From assembly GCA_043228905.1 (NCBI GenBank), contig JBHGNT010000009.1, forward strand, positions 21,700,001 to 21,764,000: a DNA stretch of 64,000 nt, written 5' to 3'. The DNA comes from Azolla caroliniana. Taxonomy: Eukaryota > Plantae > Polypodiophyta. Below the pieces are notes generated by a model. It saw only the letters and a list, made by a program, of their open reading frames with translations, was not told the DNA's origin and made no database searches. The translations under genes were made by a program, and so were the position numbers. This document shows, piece by piece, positions 1-12,300 of the stretch; position 1 is the stretch's first letter, and every line of letters begins with the position of its first letter.

Positions 1-143
1 CACAATCGTCTCCGAAAACAAGAATGACCCGATTGTAAACCTAAACGACCGATTCCTTACAATCACAAGTCACCCAATTCATCCTTGGTCAAAGACCCCG
101 GTGGTCCCGTTTGACCGACCCACAGGAGTGGATTTCCACGACA
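1..143 (+). mobile_element. 3' end of an LTR of the tRNA-Trp-primed gypsy group, inserted into the integrase of copia A
   Basis: Ends caaagaccccggtggtccc...ccacgaCA, like the LTR end of element C (ccaagacccccgtggtccc...cgcgaCA). Followed by ACGT (144-147), where the minus-strand copia integrase (QQNGVTER) breaks off. Confidence 0.75.
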
Positions 144-2496
144 ACGTTCGGTTACTCCGTTCTGCTGAGGACTCCTGTAGGATTCCTTCTTGTCTAAGGT
201 ATGTTGTAAAGGCGTCAGAGAAGTACTCTTTGCCACCGTCCGATTGCAGGCATTTGACATGCCGACCGGTTGCCTTTTCGACTTCATTTTTGAATTTTTG
301 GAAGTGTCCGAACACTTTGCTCTTTTGCCGCATTGGATAAATCCAGGTATGTCTGGAGAAGTTGTCAATGAACGTTACATAGTACCGACAACCACCAAAT
401 GTTTCTGTCTAGGCTAGTTCCCATACACATGTCAATGTATTATATCAAGGATCCCTTTGCTTATGTTCCTCTCTTTTGTAAACGGTTGTTGGTGTTGTTT
501 GCTGAATTGGCAGGCTTCGCACATGCATGCAATTTCCTTTTCGGTGAAGGTCGGGAGTCCGATGAAGACTCCTTTCGACTGCATTCCCTTGAGCTTTTGG
601 AGGTTGATGTGGCCAATTCATTCTTGCCACAACTCTATGTTAGTGTCGGCCTTTCGGCCCTTGGCATACATTGCCAATTTCATCTCATGAGAGTCGAGGA
701 TGAATATTTGACCTTCTCTCCGACCGCAAGAAATAAGTCGACCTTGCTTTTTGATGAAGCAACCTCCGTTGTAGAACCAAACTTGCATGCCTTGTTCCAC
801 AATCTGGCTGACCAAGACTAGATTCTTCGTTATTGTCAGAACATGCAAGACATTTTTTATGTACACCTCATTCCCTTCTTTGCCAAATAGGACATTGCCG
901 ACATGTTGAATGGGGTGGATTGTGTCATCCCTAGTTTCCACATAGCTTGGTCGTTCGGGCTTTCGTAGTTCTTTGAACTAATGCTCGTGGGATGTCATGT
1001 GGTTGGATGCACCCGAGTCGACAAACCATACATCTTCTGGTTTGGAGGTGTTGGTAAGGTTGGAGGCTGTCATCGAGTTCGCTTTGTGCCTCATCATAAA
1101 CATTCCGCCACGATTGTCGTAGTCGGAGTTGGAGGCATAGTTTCTGAGTTGTCGACTTGTGGATGCCGACTGACTCTTCTTTTTCCGATACTTTGCCTCA
1201 TAGTGGCCGAATTTACCACAGTATCCACACTAGGCGGGATTGTTTTGTTGGTTGGGTTCAGCATGATTGCTCCCCCTTCTCCCGGACGCTCCGCCTCCCT
1301 CACGCATTCGAAACATCTTGTTGGTAATAGAAGTTATGTTCTCGGGGTTGCTCTTGGTTGTGTCGGCCTTGGCCGAATCAGCCTCTTCCTCTAGGACCTT
1401 GTCCTCTTCCTCCATCGAAGTTCGAATAGAGCATTTGTCCTTCTTGGGCATTGCTTCTTGTTCGAACATGATTCTCCTCGACCAACAACATCGACTGGAG
1501 ATTGAAGGAGGGAGGATTCTCCCTCACGAGGACTGTTGACTGAATGGCTCCGAATTGAGGTGTTAAGCCTCCGAGGAAAATCTGCACCATTTCATCATCG
1601 TCAATGCTAACATTGATCGACTCGAGGGCATCACACAACTCCTTGATCTTCAAGGTGTAGCATTGTTGATTGATATGTCCCTTTGTTGTATATCGTTCAA
1701 CTCTTGATGGAGTTGAAGCTTTCTTGTGGTTGTGTTGGCTGCGAAAATCTTCTTGAGGTTCCCCCATGCCTCCTTCGGCGTTTTGGCCTCTCGGATGTAG
1801 CCAAACATGTGATCATGGACACATGATGCAACGGAATACAATACACGACTCGCCACTTGCTCCCAAGTTGGGTAGTCTACATGTGTTGGGTTGGGTTGTT
1901 TTTCGTTTGCTCCTTCAACATAACTCCAATAGCTTTGGCCGACAAGGTATTGGTGCATCTTGTACTCCCAAGATGCAAACTTGTTTTTGTCGAGCTTCTT
2001 GGTAGGAAGAGCGGTTCCCATCTGAGTGTTCATTGTCGAACTTCTTCTTCTTCTTCTCTTTGATACGAACTGTGCAAGTTGCTACTATAGTGATCAACTG
2101 GTTCTTTCCGGACGCGGGATTGAGCACATCACACGCAGAGGCGATGGTCTTCAATAAAGCAACCACGCGTTGTGATACCATGTAAAGAATCGGATGGATA
2201 GCGGAAGAACTCTGTGTGTGTGTTTGGAGAGAGAGAGAGAGAGAGGGAGAGCTCACGATTACAGAAAAACAGAAAACTATATTAACAAGGAGACAAGAAT
2301 AACCAACAGTTACAAAGAGAAGGAGAAGGTGCTTATGTAGTCACCTTCTCTCTCGATTCTCTCACTAGAAGCGCCTCTTGGGAAAGAGGTCGAGTCTTAA
2401 CTACCTAAAGAATATGTGTCATAGAAGTTAATATTCTATGACACACTAGTTAATGTACAAAGAGAGGGGTGTGTGGGATCAAACACGGGAAGTTTA
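144..2496 (-). mobile_element. Degenerate Ty1/copia element A (5' LTR part, gag, protease, integrase)
   Basis: Gag LPTKKLDKNKFASWEYKMHQYL (1650-2033), CCHC knuckle remnant (1094-1303), integrase CLQSDGGKEY (79-333). Met-i PBS (tgatacca 2173-2180) next to an LTR boundary at 2181. Many frameshifts. Same family as copia L. Confidence 0.88.
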
Positions 2497-2888
2497 TGTC
2501 ATGGACTTGACCTCTTGTATTATAGTCAAATGTTATGTTCTAACTAATACATCCAAATACATGGTTATACTATGTACATCTTATTAGTAGATTATCTATT
2601 TCAAGTTCTAGGAGTTTTTAGGAAGTTCTAGAACTAGAAGGTTCTAGAGGGTTCTAAAATATTCTCCAGAATATTCTAATGCATGTATGTCGACTCACAG
2701 TATAAATACTTGTAATCTCCTTGGTCCCTTTTCAAGGGATTCAAACTATCACAGACACACCAAGCACGGACTAGGATGATGGGGCAGCATGGAACTTAAG
2801 ACACTGGGAACGATATAAGAGCATGAAGATAGAGATGAAGATCAAGGAGACAAGATGGGGCGAAACAAGATACTAGATTGATGTGTCA
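2497..2888 (+). mobile_element. Solo-LTR-like repeat with a heat-shock-element-like array
   Basis: TG...CA termini, TATA box at 2701, homologous copy at 42341-42770. No matching target-site duplication seen. Confidence 0.65.
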
Positions 2889-5800
2889 CCCCTCTTCATT
2901 ATCGCCTTTGCTTCTAGAGTTATCATCTTCACCGTTCTTGCTTCTAGAGTTACCATCATCAACATCCTAGTCTTCAACATCATCTTTTTCTGCATCTCTT
3001 CGCCCAATCTTCATCGTAATCAATACCATAGTACGTAAAATTCGTGTTCGTAGCATAACATTCGTTTTCCTACATTGGAAAATGAATGCGAATGTTATCC
3101 AAACATTCTTGTGTTTTTTTCCCATTTTTTTCCCATTTTTTTTGTTTTTTTTTTGTTTTTTTTTCATATTTAGGCTTATCTACCTCATAATAAATAGTTA
3201 ATCCAAAAGTATGGTATTTATCATTCTTTGAGGGTGTTTTTCTTTCGCGAATGATTGAACCATTCACGAATGCGAATGCACATATGGTATGTATGGTTCA
3301 TACTATGATCAATACTATTTGTTATCATTTATAGGTATCATTTTGCATCACGATTTTGGTGAGGATTGCTTTCGATCACTCACCTTCCTAGTTTCGGTGG
3401 GGATTACAACCACTCACTTTCTTCGTAGGGATCGAATCATTGCTCGCGTGCACTCCATTTTCATTTTTGTACAAGTTTCATGCCACTTTCCTTTGGCGAG
3501 GACCGATTTCGATCGCTCACCTTCTTGTTCCGGTGGGGGTCACAACCACTCACTTTCCTTGTGTTATGTACACATAATGTTGGTGAGGGTAGGTCACTAA
3601 TATTTACATTAGTGAAGGGTATGTTCACTAATGTTAAAAAGGGAGCTAATGTGATTGGATAGAAGGAATGATAGGTGCATGCACTATCATGATTTGGGCA
3701 ACCAATGAATGCAGACCCTTTTAGAAAGGCACATCTATTCAAGGGGCCTAGGAAAAGGTATAAATATGAGGCTTAGCTACCCTCATAAGGACATTACGTC
3801 GGAAGGCTGCTGCTGTCTTAGACATCGGTGGTGCGGGCTAGGCTTTCGTCTCGACGATCGTGTAATCTCTTCCATGGTATTAGTCATCCTAATATCCGGC
3901 GGTATGGGATGTCGGTGGTTGGTTGGCTATATCTAGATCATAGCTCGGGGGTGATCGGGTGGAACGAGTTCTTCTATCCAATCTATTTTCCTTCTTTTAC
4001 TTTATTTTGGTGTATTAATTAGTAATAGACTCTTAATAGTGGTATAAGAGCATTTACTAACAATTTTTTGTTGTTGTTTTTATGTTTAAAGTGTGAGCGA
4101 TGGGGATCTAACAAGGCTCGTCATGCTCTTCATAGGATCAAAACAACATTCTTAACTTGGTATTCTTCTTTTTTGATCTCTCTTTTCTTTTCTATGATGC
4201 TTTCTTCTTGGTCATATGAAAGTGGTATTACGTTTTATGTTCTTTTCTTTCTTCTTTCTACCATGATACGATATTAATCTACTTACGCATCGGATCGAGC
4301 GTGTTTACACTAATCACACATGCTCACCTCATGGCCCTTTTGCATATGATGTTGAGTATGGCACCCTTCCCTTTACTGAGCCATCACTTGGCCGATTCTA
4401 TGGGATGTGGTCTTAACGAGGTGTATGTCGCCTACCTATGCCACTCTACTCTCTATTGAGCCATCACTTGGCCGATTCTATGGGATGTGGTGGTCTTGAG
4501 GAGGTGCATGTCAATTACCCTAGGGTTTCTTACCTTAAGGCATGCTTAATGTTCCATACACCTAATTGATTATTATTCTAATTAATTTCTAATTACACAA
4601 ATTGTCGTTTCACTTTTGTATGATCTTCTAGTAATTGTCATTTACCCACCCACAATTAACTCTATTTTTTCCCTTCCTTTTCATGTTTAAAGTATTTATG
4701 TGCGTTTACCTATGATGTAACGCTTCCGTGTAGACTATTTTTTCGTATTGAGTGGGCATCATGCCGTTTTTTGAACGATTTTTTCCAATGGGTCATCTAG
4801 GTTTAACTTATATTATCGAGCCTTAGAACTCGAGTAAAACCACATGAGTTCCCCTATTGATGTTTTACTCATAGATTTGAGTACTACATCTTTGCGCACA
4901 ACACGACCACCACTTGTATCAATTTGTGGCTTATATCACAATTGTGCAAATTACAACCACCATATTGGGATGGATATGTGCATACTACACACCGTCCATT
5001 TATTTATGGTATTTTTGTTCAGTAGAAAACGCATGGTTTTTGAACCTTGTTTTCGTCACTCCTTGACTCTTATAGGTAGTGACTTTTTTTTCTCTTTTTT
5101 TCATAACATTTGCTTGCTACTCGCAAGATTAGAATATTACTTGCGAGTGCATTTGTTTTTGCACGTAATAAAATTTCTCGACCATATCAATACATGCCGA
5201 GTTGACATTTTAATACAAGGCTAACTAGGAAATTACATTGATGCCAGAACCATGGTTGAGCCTCGAGGAGCTGCCATGATTAAAAACCATAGTGTTACCA
5301 TAGTTATCGGATCTCGAATAACATCTCATATGTCTAGACGGGTAAAGACGTGAGATGCTTTCTTAGTAAAGTTCTTCCAATCAAAATTTCAAGCATTCAT
5401 TTTGCTTGTGTATTTTCTGAAACTCCTTATTTATATTGCATATCCACAACTTGCATCATGGAACAAGTTTTCAACGTTATTGGGGCGATCTTTGCGACCG
5501 AGACCTCTCAACTCCAATCCGCATCTCGCACACAAGCTGAGATCACTATTGAGAAATTGCTCACTACTACCTTGAATCAATTGGCCGAAATGCGGCAAAC
5601 CAATATGGCATTGAAAAAGAAATTCCAAGAATTTACTATTGAGTCCAAGAAAGAAGGTGAACCTTCTTTCGTAGTAATGTTGTCGTGAAGATTCCCGGCT
5701 ACGGTGCGAAACCCGGATGGAATGGGCAAGTTGGTGATGTGCAACGTGTGCACATGTATATTAGGAATAAGTATAGAATAATAAGGGGAGTATTTATCCC

Positions 5801-7836
5801 ACATTGTAACGTCTCTCCCTCCTAGTTCTATAAAAGGAAGGAGGGGTCTCTTGAGAAGGGGTTGCCTATTTTGTGTTAGAAGGGTATCCACTTAGATCTA
5901 GGGTTTGGTAGTCTCTCTCTTCTTTGTTAGGGTTTTGGTTGTTCTAGGGTTCTTCTTCTCCCTATCTGGTCTAGGGTTTCGTCTAGGGTTTCATTCTTCT
6001 TCTCCCTATCCGGTTTAGGGTTTCATTCTTCTTCTTTTCCTATCCGGTTAGGATTTGATCTAGCGGTGTTTGCATACGGCCTATATGGCCATGGTTGTAA
6101 ATCGTTTGGTGGCTTCTTAATGTAACTTGTTGGTGTATCTCGTCTTGGTCTACTACTCTTCTGTGTTAATATCTTCTTCTTTCTCCTAACCTCTTCCTAA
6201 GTCCAAGATCCTCGCGGTCCATCCTAAGATCCTACATGTACCCTGGAATATCGCGACATTCTTGGTGAACCCGACGTGAAAGGCGGCGAGGGAGAGTGAT
6301 CATGGAGGAAGAAGATTTAGAGGAAATGATGTTGAGAATGATCATGGAGGTTTTGAAGGGAAGAGAAAGGCGAGATGCGCCTCAACAAGTCGTTGAGAGG
6401 GTGGTCGATTAAGTTGGCTGGTTCAACGGGGGCGAGGTCCCAAAATTTTTGAGAGCCTACAATGCCGAGATGGTGGAGTGGGGCGTGGACGAAGTGACGA
6501 GGCTAGAATAATTTTGGCGAGTGGTGGCTGTATCGACTCGCGAAGAGGTCAAGGAGCTTCGAGTATAGCTCATGAGTCGTGGGAGTCTTTTGACAGAGCT
6601 CTATTGGAGGCGTACAGGTACGTGAAACTAGAGGGGTAAGGTCAGCTTGAGTTCGATCGATGGGTGGCGTTGGTGAAGGATCATCGGACCGCGATGGAAG
6701 CATTTCGAGAGTTTGGCTGTCGTTTTGCTCAACTCTTGGAGCGGGATCGGAGAGCAGTGGGGGCGGACAAAGTCCTCCTATTTTTGAAGACGGTCAATCG
6801 GGAGGAAAGGATGGACATTCTATTCGAGCTCGAAGATGATTATGGAGCACACGGCCTCACTGAGGATTGGACTAAAGTAGAGAGGGTATGCTGGTGAGAC
6901 GATGAGAAGCGATCGGCCACAATATGGCCCGCGAGCCGCGGCGAAGAAAGGGTGGCGGGTAACTATGCACTACCCCCGGAAGAGAGCTCAACGCGTAAGG
7001 GTTCGAAGGAGTTCAATCTAGAAGCATTGGTATGAGAGGCGTACGAGTTCTTGAAGACAAAGGTTGAAGCTGAAGAGGGGTTTATTATGGAGTTGGGTCC
7101 GAGAGGATCGAAGGACACAGAGGAATGCGCCTCCCTACATGTGGAGGACCGGGCCTATGTGGAGGCCGAAAGAGCGTACAACGCGTAAGGGTTCGCAGGA
7201 GTTCGACCTAGAAGCATTGATACGAGAGGCATACGAGTTCTTGAAGACAACGATTGAAGCGGAAGAGGGGTTTATTATGGAGTCGGGTCCGAGAGGATCA
7301 AAGGACACAGAAGAAGGTGCTTCCCTACACGTGGAGGGCCGGGTCTATGTGGAGGCCGAAAGAGCGTACACCGGTGACATAGGAGAGGGTGCCGAGCGAG
7401 CGACCCTCTCGCCTTGTGGTAAAGGGATGGCCATGGAGAAGGTCGGGAACTACAGAACAATGAGCGCCACTTCGAGAGTGGGTAGAAGTTTCGGGACACG
7501 GTTGGCCGAAAAATCAAACGAGGAGGTGGCAAGCGTAATCGAGGCTTGCGTAATCGGGGACGGGGTAGCCATGGATGATGACGTCCGGATAAAGGTGGCT
7601 ACGGACATGACGAACGGTGGTGCCAGGACCTTGCCCACATCGGTTCTGGAGACTTCGACGGTCGGCTACGAGAAGCCACGTGAGATCGAAGGGACTGACG
7701 GTGGCGGCAACAAGGTGAATGAGGAAGTGGGTAGCGGGCGGAGGCGAGATCCCTTGACACCCGTGCCAGAGACTACATCGGTTGTGCCCGAGTGCCAACA
7801 TAAGACTGGAGAGATGGGCGGTGGCCGTGAGGAGGC

Positions 7837-8146
7837 TGTTACCCGTAAGAATATACGGGGAGGCATAAGGGTATGTGTAATGATGTGGTTGATGTGTATG
7901 TAGTAAAGGAGTGTGTGAGGATGAGTATGTGTATGGACACGTGCAGAACTATGTGCATGTGTACAAAATTGCGTAACGGTCATGTAACTGTTACATTGAA
8001 TGAATTATATAAACCCCCTATGGGGTATGTAATGGATAGCTTTTTCCCCCTGATTTTGGTGTCATCCTTGTTTCACTCTCTCCTTCTTTCTCTCTAACGT
8101 AACTCCCATTAGAGGAAGGATGGCTTCACCCCCAACCCCAACAACA
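7837..8146 (+). mobile_element. Solo LTR (310 bp)
   Basis: tgtt...aaca termini, perfect 5-bp TSD GAGGC, internal TATAAA. Interrupts the ORF of element B. Confidence 0.88.
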
Positions 8147-9398
8147 GAGGCGTGGCCCGGAGCAGGCATATACAAAATGGAGGTGGCTGATGAAGAGGCA
8201 AAGGGGAAAATGGTGGCGAAGACCAGTGAAGAGGTCGGGAGTGGAAAAGAGGAGAGACTCGGGATTTGACCCGACCGGAAGATGACCTGGTCGGTAATCC
8301 GACTCGAATGGAAGACAATCCGGCTAGAATTCCGACTCACACGAAAGAAGAATGGAGCGAGGGCCATTCAACCGGGCCCGACCTGGAAGAGAACCCAGAC
8401 GGCCAAAATTGTTTGGTCGAGCTGTATTGGTTGAGTGCGAAAACGGAAGAAAGCTGACCGAACTGGAACCGAGCTGGTCGAGACCAATCCGGACAAGGGC
8501 TTAGCCGGCACGATCTGAGATCGAGATGGACGAGCCACAACGCACAGTCGGAGTTGGTGAGCATGAGGACGAGGCCAAGTGGGCACAATGACTACGGCTC
8601 GGTGAAAGACTAGGAACGAGGGGAACCCTCCACACCTATTCTCGAGACTTCAGCGGCTGCGGATCTACATAAAACCGAAGAGACGGTGGGTGGCGGCAAG
8701 GAGTTGGAGATCGACGCGGATGATGATGCTGAAGCATGTATTTGGTGCGGAATGATGGCAATGAAGAGGGGAGAGTCCGACGCGGAGGTCGGGACTACGG
8801 CCAGGGAAGGGCGAGAAATGAAGCATGCACTACGGCCGCTCGAGGGCCAAGAAACAAACGTGCACCTAGAGGAGCCGGTACGAGTGACCGATGATAGTGG
8901 TCGGGTCGAGCCTTTGAGAGGCAAGTACGGGAAGAAAGATGGTGCGACGAGGTGATGAGATCGACAGAACGAGTCGAGCGTGATCGGCATGGGCTGAGGG
9001 TCGTGTCTAGGGAAACGGAGGAGGTGCATAGAGAACGAAGGGCTACGCACCGGGAAGAGCAGATCGGCCATGGTATTGTCTTTCCCGAAAATGTGTCCTA
9101 CTTCCGGAAATGTGTCGTATGCTATCCACCTGAGCATCGCCAGGTCCGACGTCGCGCATCCGGAAACCATGCCAAGAATTGGCAGGTAGTCCGTCTCGAT
9201 AATTACCTCTGTCCCGATTAGGTAGTCTCTATCGGCCTTTACCGCCGAAACGATAGCCCAGAGCTCGCGTTTAACCTGGGCGTATCCTCGCTGTCGCTCG
9301 CTGAGGACCTTCGCACCGAACCGGATCGGGAAACGCATGCTGTCCTCGCCCTCTTGGTTGACGACCCATCCGATCCCAATCGGACTCGTGTCCACCGT

Positions 9399-12300
9399 TG
9401 TCGTGAAGAATTTTGGCCATAGGCGAAAACCGGGAAACATTGTCTACATCGACGGGGTGTAGCGTGTGTACGCACCCATGTACATTTGGTGATAATATCG
9501 AGGGCGCTTTTATGACGCCGAAGAGTAGACAAGTCGGGATAGACGATCCCATGCAAGTCGGGATTTGTCCCACATTGTAACGCATCCCTCTCCTTGTTCT
9601 ATAAAAGGGAGGGAACACCCTTTGTAAAAGGGTTGCCCATTTTGGATTAGAGGGTATACCGGTAGGTTTAGGGTTAGGTTTCTTCTGCTTCTTCTTCTTC
9701 CCCTTCGTGTTCGTTTAGGGTTGGCTGCAGCTTATCTCCTGTGCAAGACCCCGCTCGGCGCAACGAGCCCGAGAGCTCCCCGACGACGGCTTGACAACAG
9801 ACGGCTGTTGTAAGCTATCCTGGTCCGGCTCGAAGCCGGGAGCGTTTTCTTCTTATATATATATACATATATGTTTGCGTCTGTCTGTGTATATTGGCGT
9901 CTTGTTGGTGTCGGGTGTTCCCCTCCTTCCCTGCGTTTCCTGTACAAGAGGGCGTGTGTGCGTGTGCGTATGCGCGCGCGCGTGAGTCGGTCTCAAGCAC
10001 GCTCTCTCACTCCCTCTCTCCCTTCGGCTGCTTCCGGTCCGTTTCAGGGGTGCCCCAGAAACGGCGAAGTGCGGTTTCCTACGCTCCGTCGCTCCCTAGT
10101 CCAAGACCCCCGTGGTCCCGCCTTTCTCCACGCACGCGCGTAACAACGCGACATATTTGGTGAACCTGACGTGAAAGGCGGCAAGGGGGGATGGAGTCGG
10201 AAGGCGACGACCTTGCGGAGATGGTGGCCGAAGTGGTGTTGGAGTCGGCACGAGTGGTGATGAGGCGAGAAGCAGCGCAACAAGCGGTTGGGCGAGTGGT
10301 CGAAAGAGTTGGCCGTTTCAACGGGGACAAAGTCCCATCTTACTTGGAAGCCTACAACGCGGAAATGGAAGAGCGTGGCGTAGACGAGGCGTTGAGGCTG
10401 GAGTTGTTCTGCCGGGTCGTAGCTGTCCGGATGCATGCGGAAGTAATGGAGCTCTATGAGGCTCATGGTTCGTGGGAGGCCTTCGAAGAGGCGCTCTTGA
10501 AGGCATACAGAGGACGGCGGAAGAACCGGGGACGGCACCACTTCGACCAGTGGGTAGCATCGGCAAAGACCCACCGGGGTGCGACGAAGGCGTTCCGGGA
10601 ATTCGAGCGACGACTTGCTCGGCTCCCAGAGCGGGAACAAGGTTTGGTGGGGGCGGACAAAGTCCTTTTGTTCGTTAGGTCGATCGATCGACCGGAACGG
10701 GAAGCCATCGGGATTGAGCTCGAAGACGATGATGGAGCGAATGGGCTTATGGGGGACTGGTCGAAGGTCGGAAGGGTGTGCCAAAGGCTAGACAACGAGT
10801 GAGCTGAGAAGGCTAAGAGGAAGGTACGCGACGGCGTGCCATCACATCGGGAAGAGGCCGAACGGCAGGGAGAGTCGGCAAGGGTCGGCGTTGGGGCCAG
10901 GATTGCGGAGGCGTACGCAGCGATCAAAGCGATGCTCGAGGAAGAGGGGAAAATCGAAGCCGAAGAAGGGCTTATTATGGAGTCGGGCCGGAGGCGATCG
11001 GAGGATGAGGAGGCTGAAAATGAAGGGTACGATGGTACCACGGGAGAGGGCGCGGGACGAGCCACCCTCTCGACTTGCGGAGATAGAACGGCCAAGGACG
11101 AGGCCGAGATACCGATCGCGGAATCGGAACGTTTGGACCAGTGGTTTCGGACGGGTCAGCCCGAGATCCCGGTCGTCAGAGAGACAAGCCCAGGCGGGGC
11201 TTGCGCGATCGGTAAGAAGACGACCACCGACCACGAAGAGTCGGTGGCTACGGACAAGGGCATAAAACGGACAGGCGATTCTTTGTGTCTTCCCACACTT
11301 GCTCCCGAGACGATGGCAGTCGGGCCCGAGTGCACTCCTCGTCGGCCCCTTTCCGGCCTGATCGTGCATCGCTGTTCACCCGCATACCGGTTTCCTTTGC
11401 ATCCGAGGAACACCCCGCAGTAGCCCGCTTGGCCCTTCCCGTCATCGTGCTGCTGAAACAGGTCCTGGGTCTTTCGCTTGCCGTTGTCCCCTCGCCCCCA
11501 CCAGCTTGTCACCCCGGCTTGCCGTGTCAGTCTTTGTTACTTCGACGGAGTTACCGAGATCTACGAAGCGAGTGTGGAGGATCCTCCTTAGGCCTCTCTT
11601 GCCATCCTGGTTCCGACCCTGTGCAGTCCACTAGGCACTTGTCCCTTCGTTCTGGGCACCTCCCTTGTGCCGTCTTCCGCTTCCTTCGTTTGGCCTCGCC
11701 CGCGCCGAACACCGTCCCGTAGTCACGCTTCGATCCGGCCCATGATGGCCACTCGTGAGACTCTTGTTCTGTCCAAGGTGTGCCTTTCCGGCCTGACACA
11801 CCTCTCCGTGTTTGCCCCTACCGGCTCCTTCCGAACCTCGTGTCGTCGGGTCCCGTTCCCTGACGCCACCGTCCTTCTCCCTCGGTCTCACATTGCCACG
11901 TTGGCCGAACTGCCGGAGCCTCCGGATCGGTGTGAGGGTCCCATAGGACCGGACTCCGTTTCTATGCTTGCGGTAAGTCGGGTGTCTTTTGTTTGAGTCC
12001 CTCCCGGACTCTCGTCGTGTCTTCCGCGTAGCCGGGTCCTGTTTCCCGCCGCCACCTTCCTTCTCCCTCGGTCTTACGTTGCCACGTTGGCCGAACAACC
12101 GGGGTCTCCAGTTAAGTGTGGGGATCCCGTACGACCGGACTTCCTTATGCCCGTTGTCTTCGTCACCTCGCCGCCACCGTCAGTGTCTTGGTCTTACGTC
12201 GACCGTGTTGTCGACTGCCGAAGTCTCTAGAACCGGTGTGAAAGATCCTCCGTAGACCTCCGATCCATAGCCCTTGCCTTCGTCACCTCGCCGCCACCGT

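Noticed and set aside
2416-2446. 12-bp-stem hairpin in the LTR of copia A
   Set aside because: Single copy in the window, so conservation cannot be judged; too short for a miRNA precursor.
9665-9722. Interstitial telomere
   Set aside because: Isolated TTAGGG words at fixed positions within LTRs, not a tandem tract.
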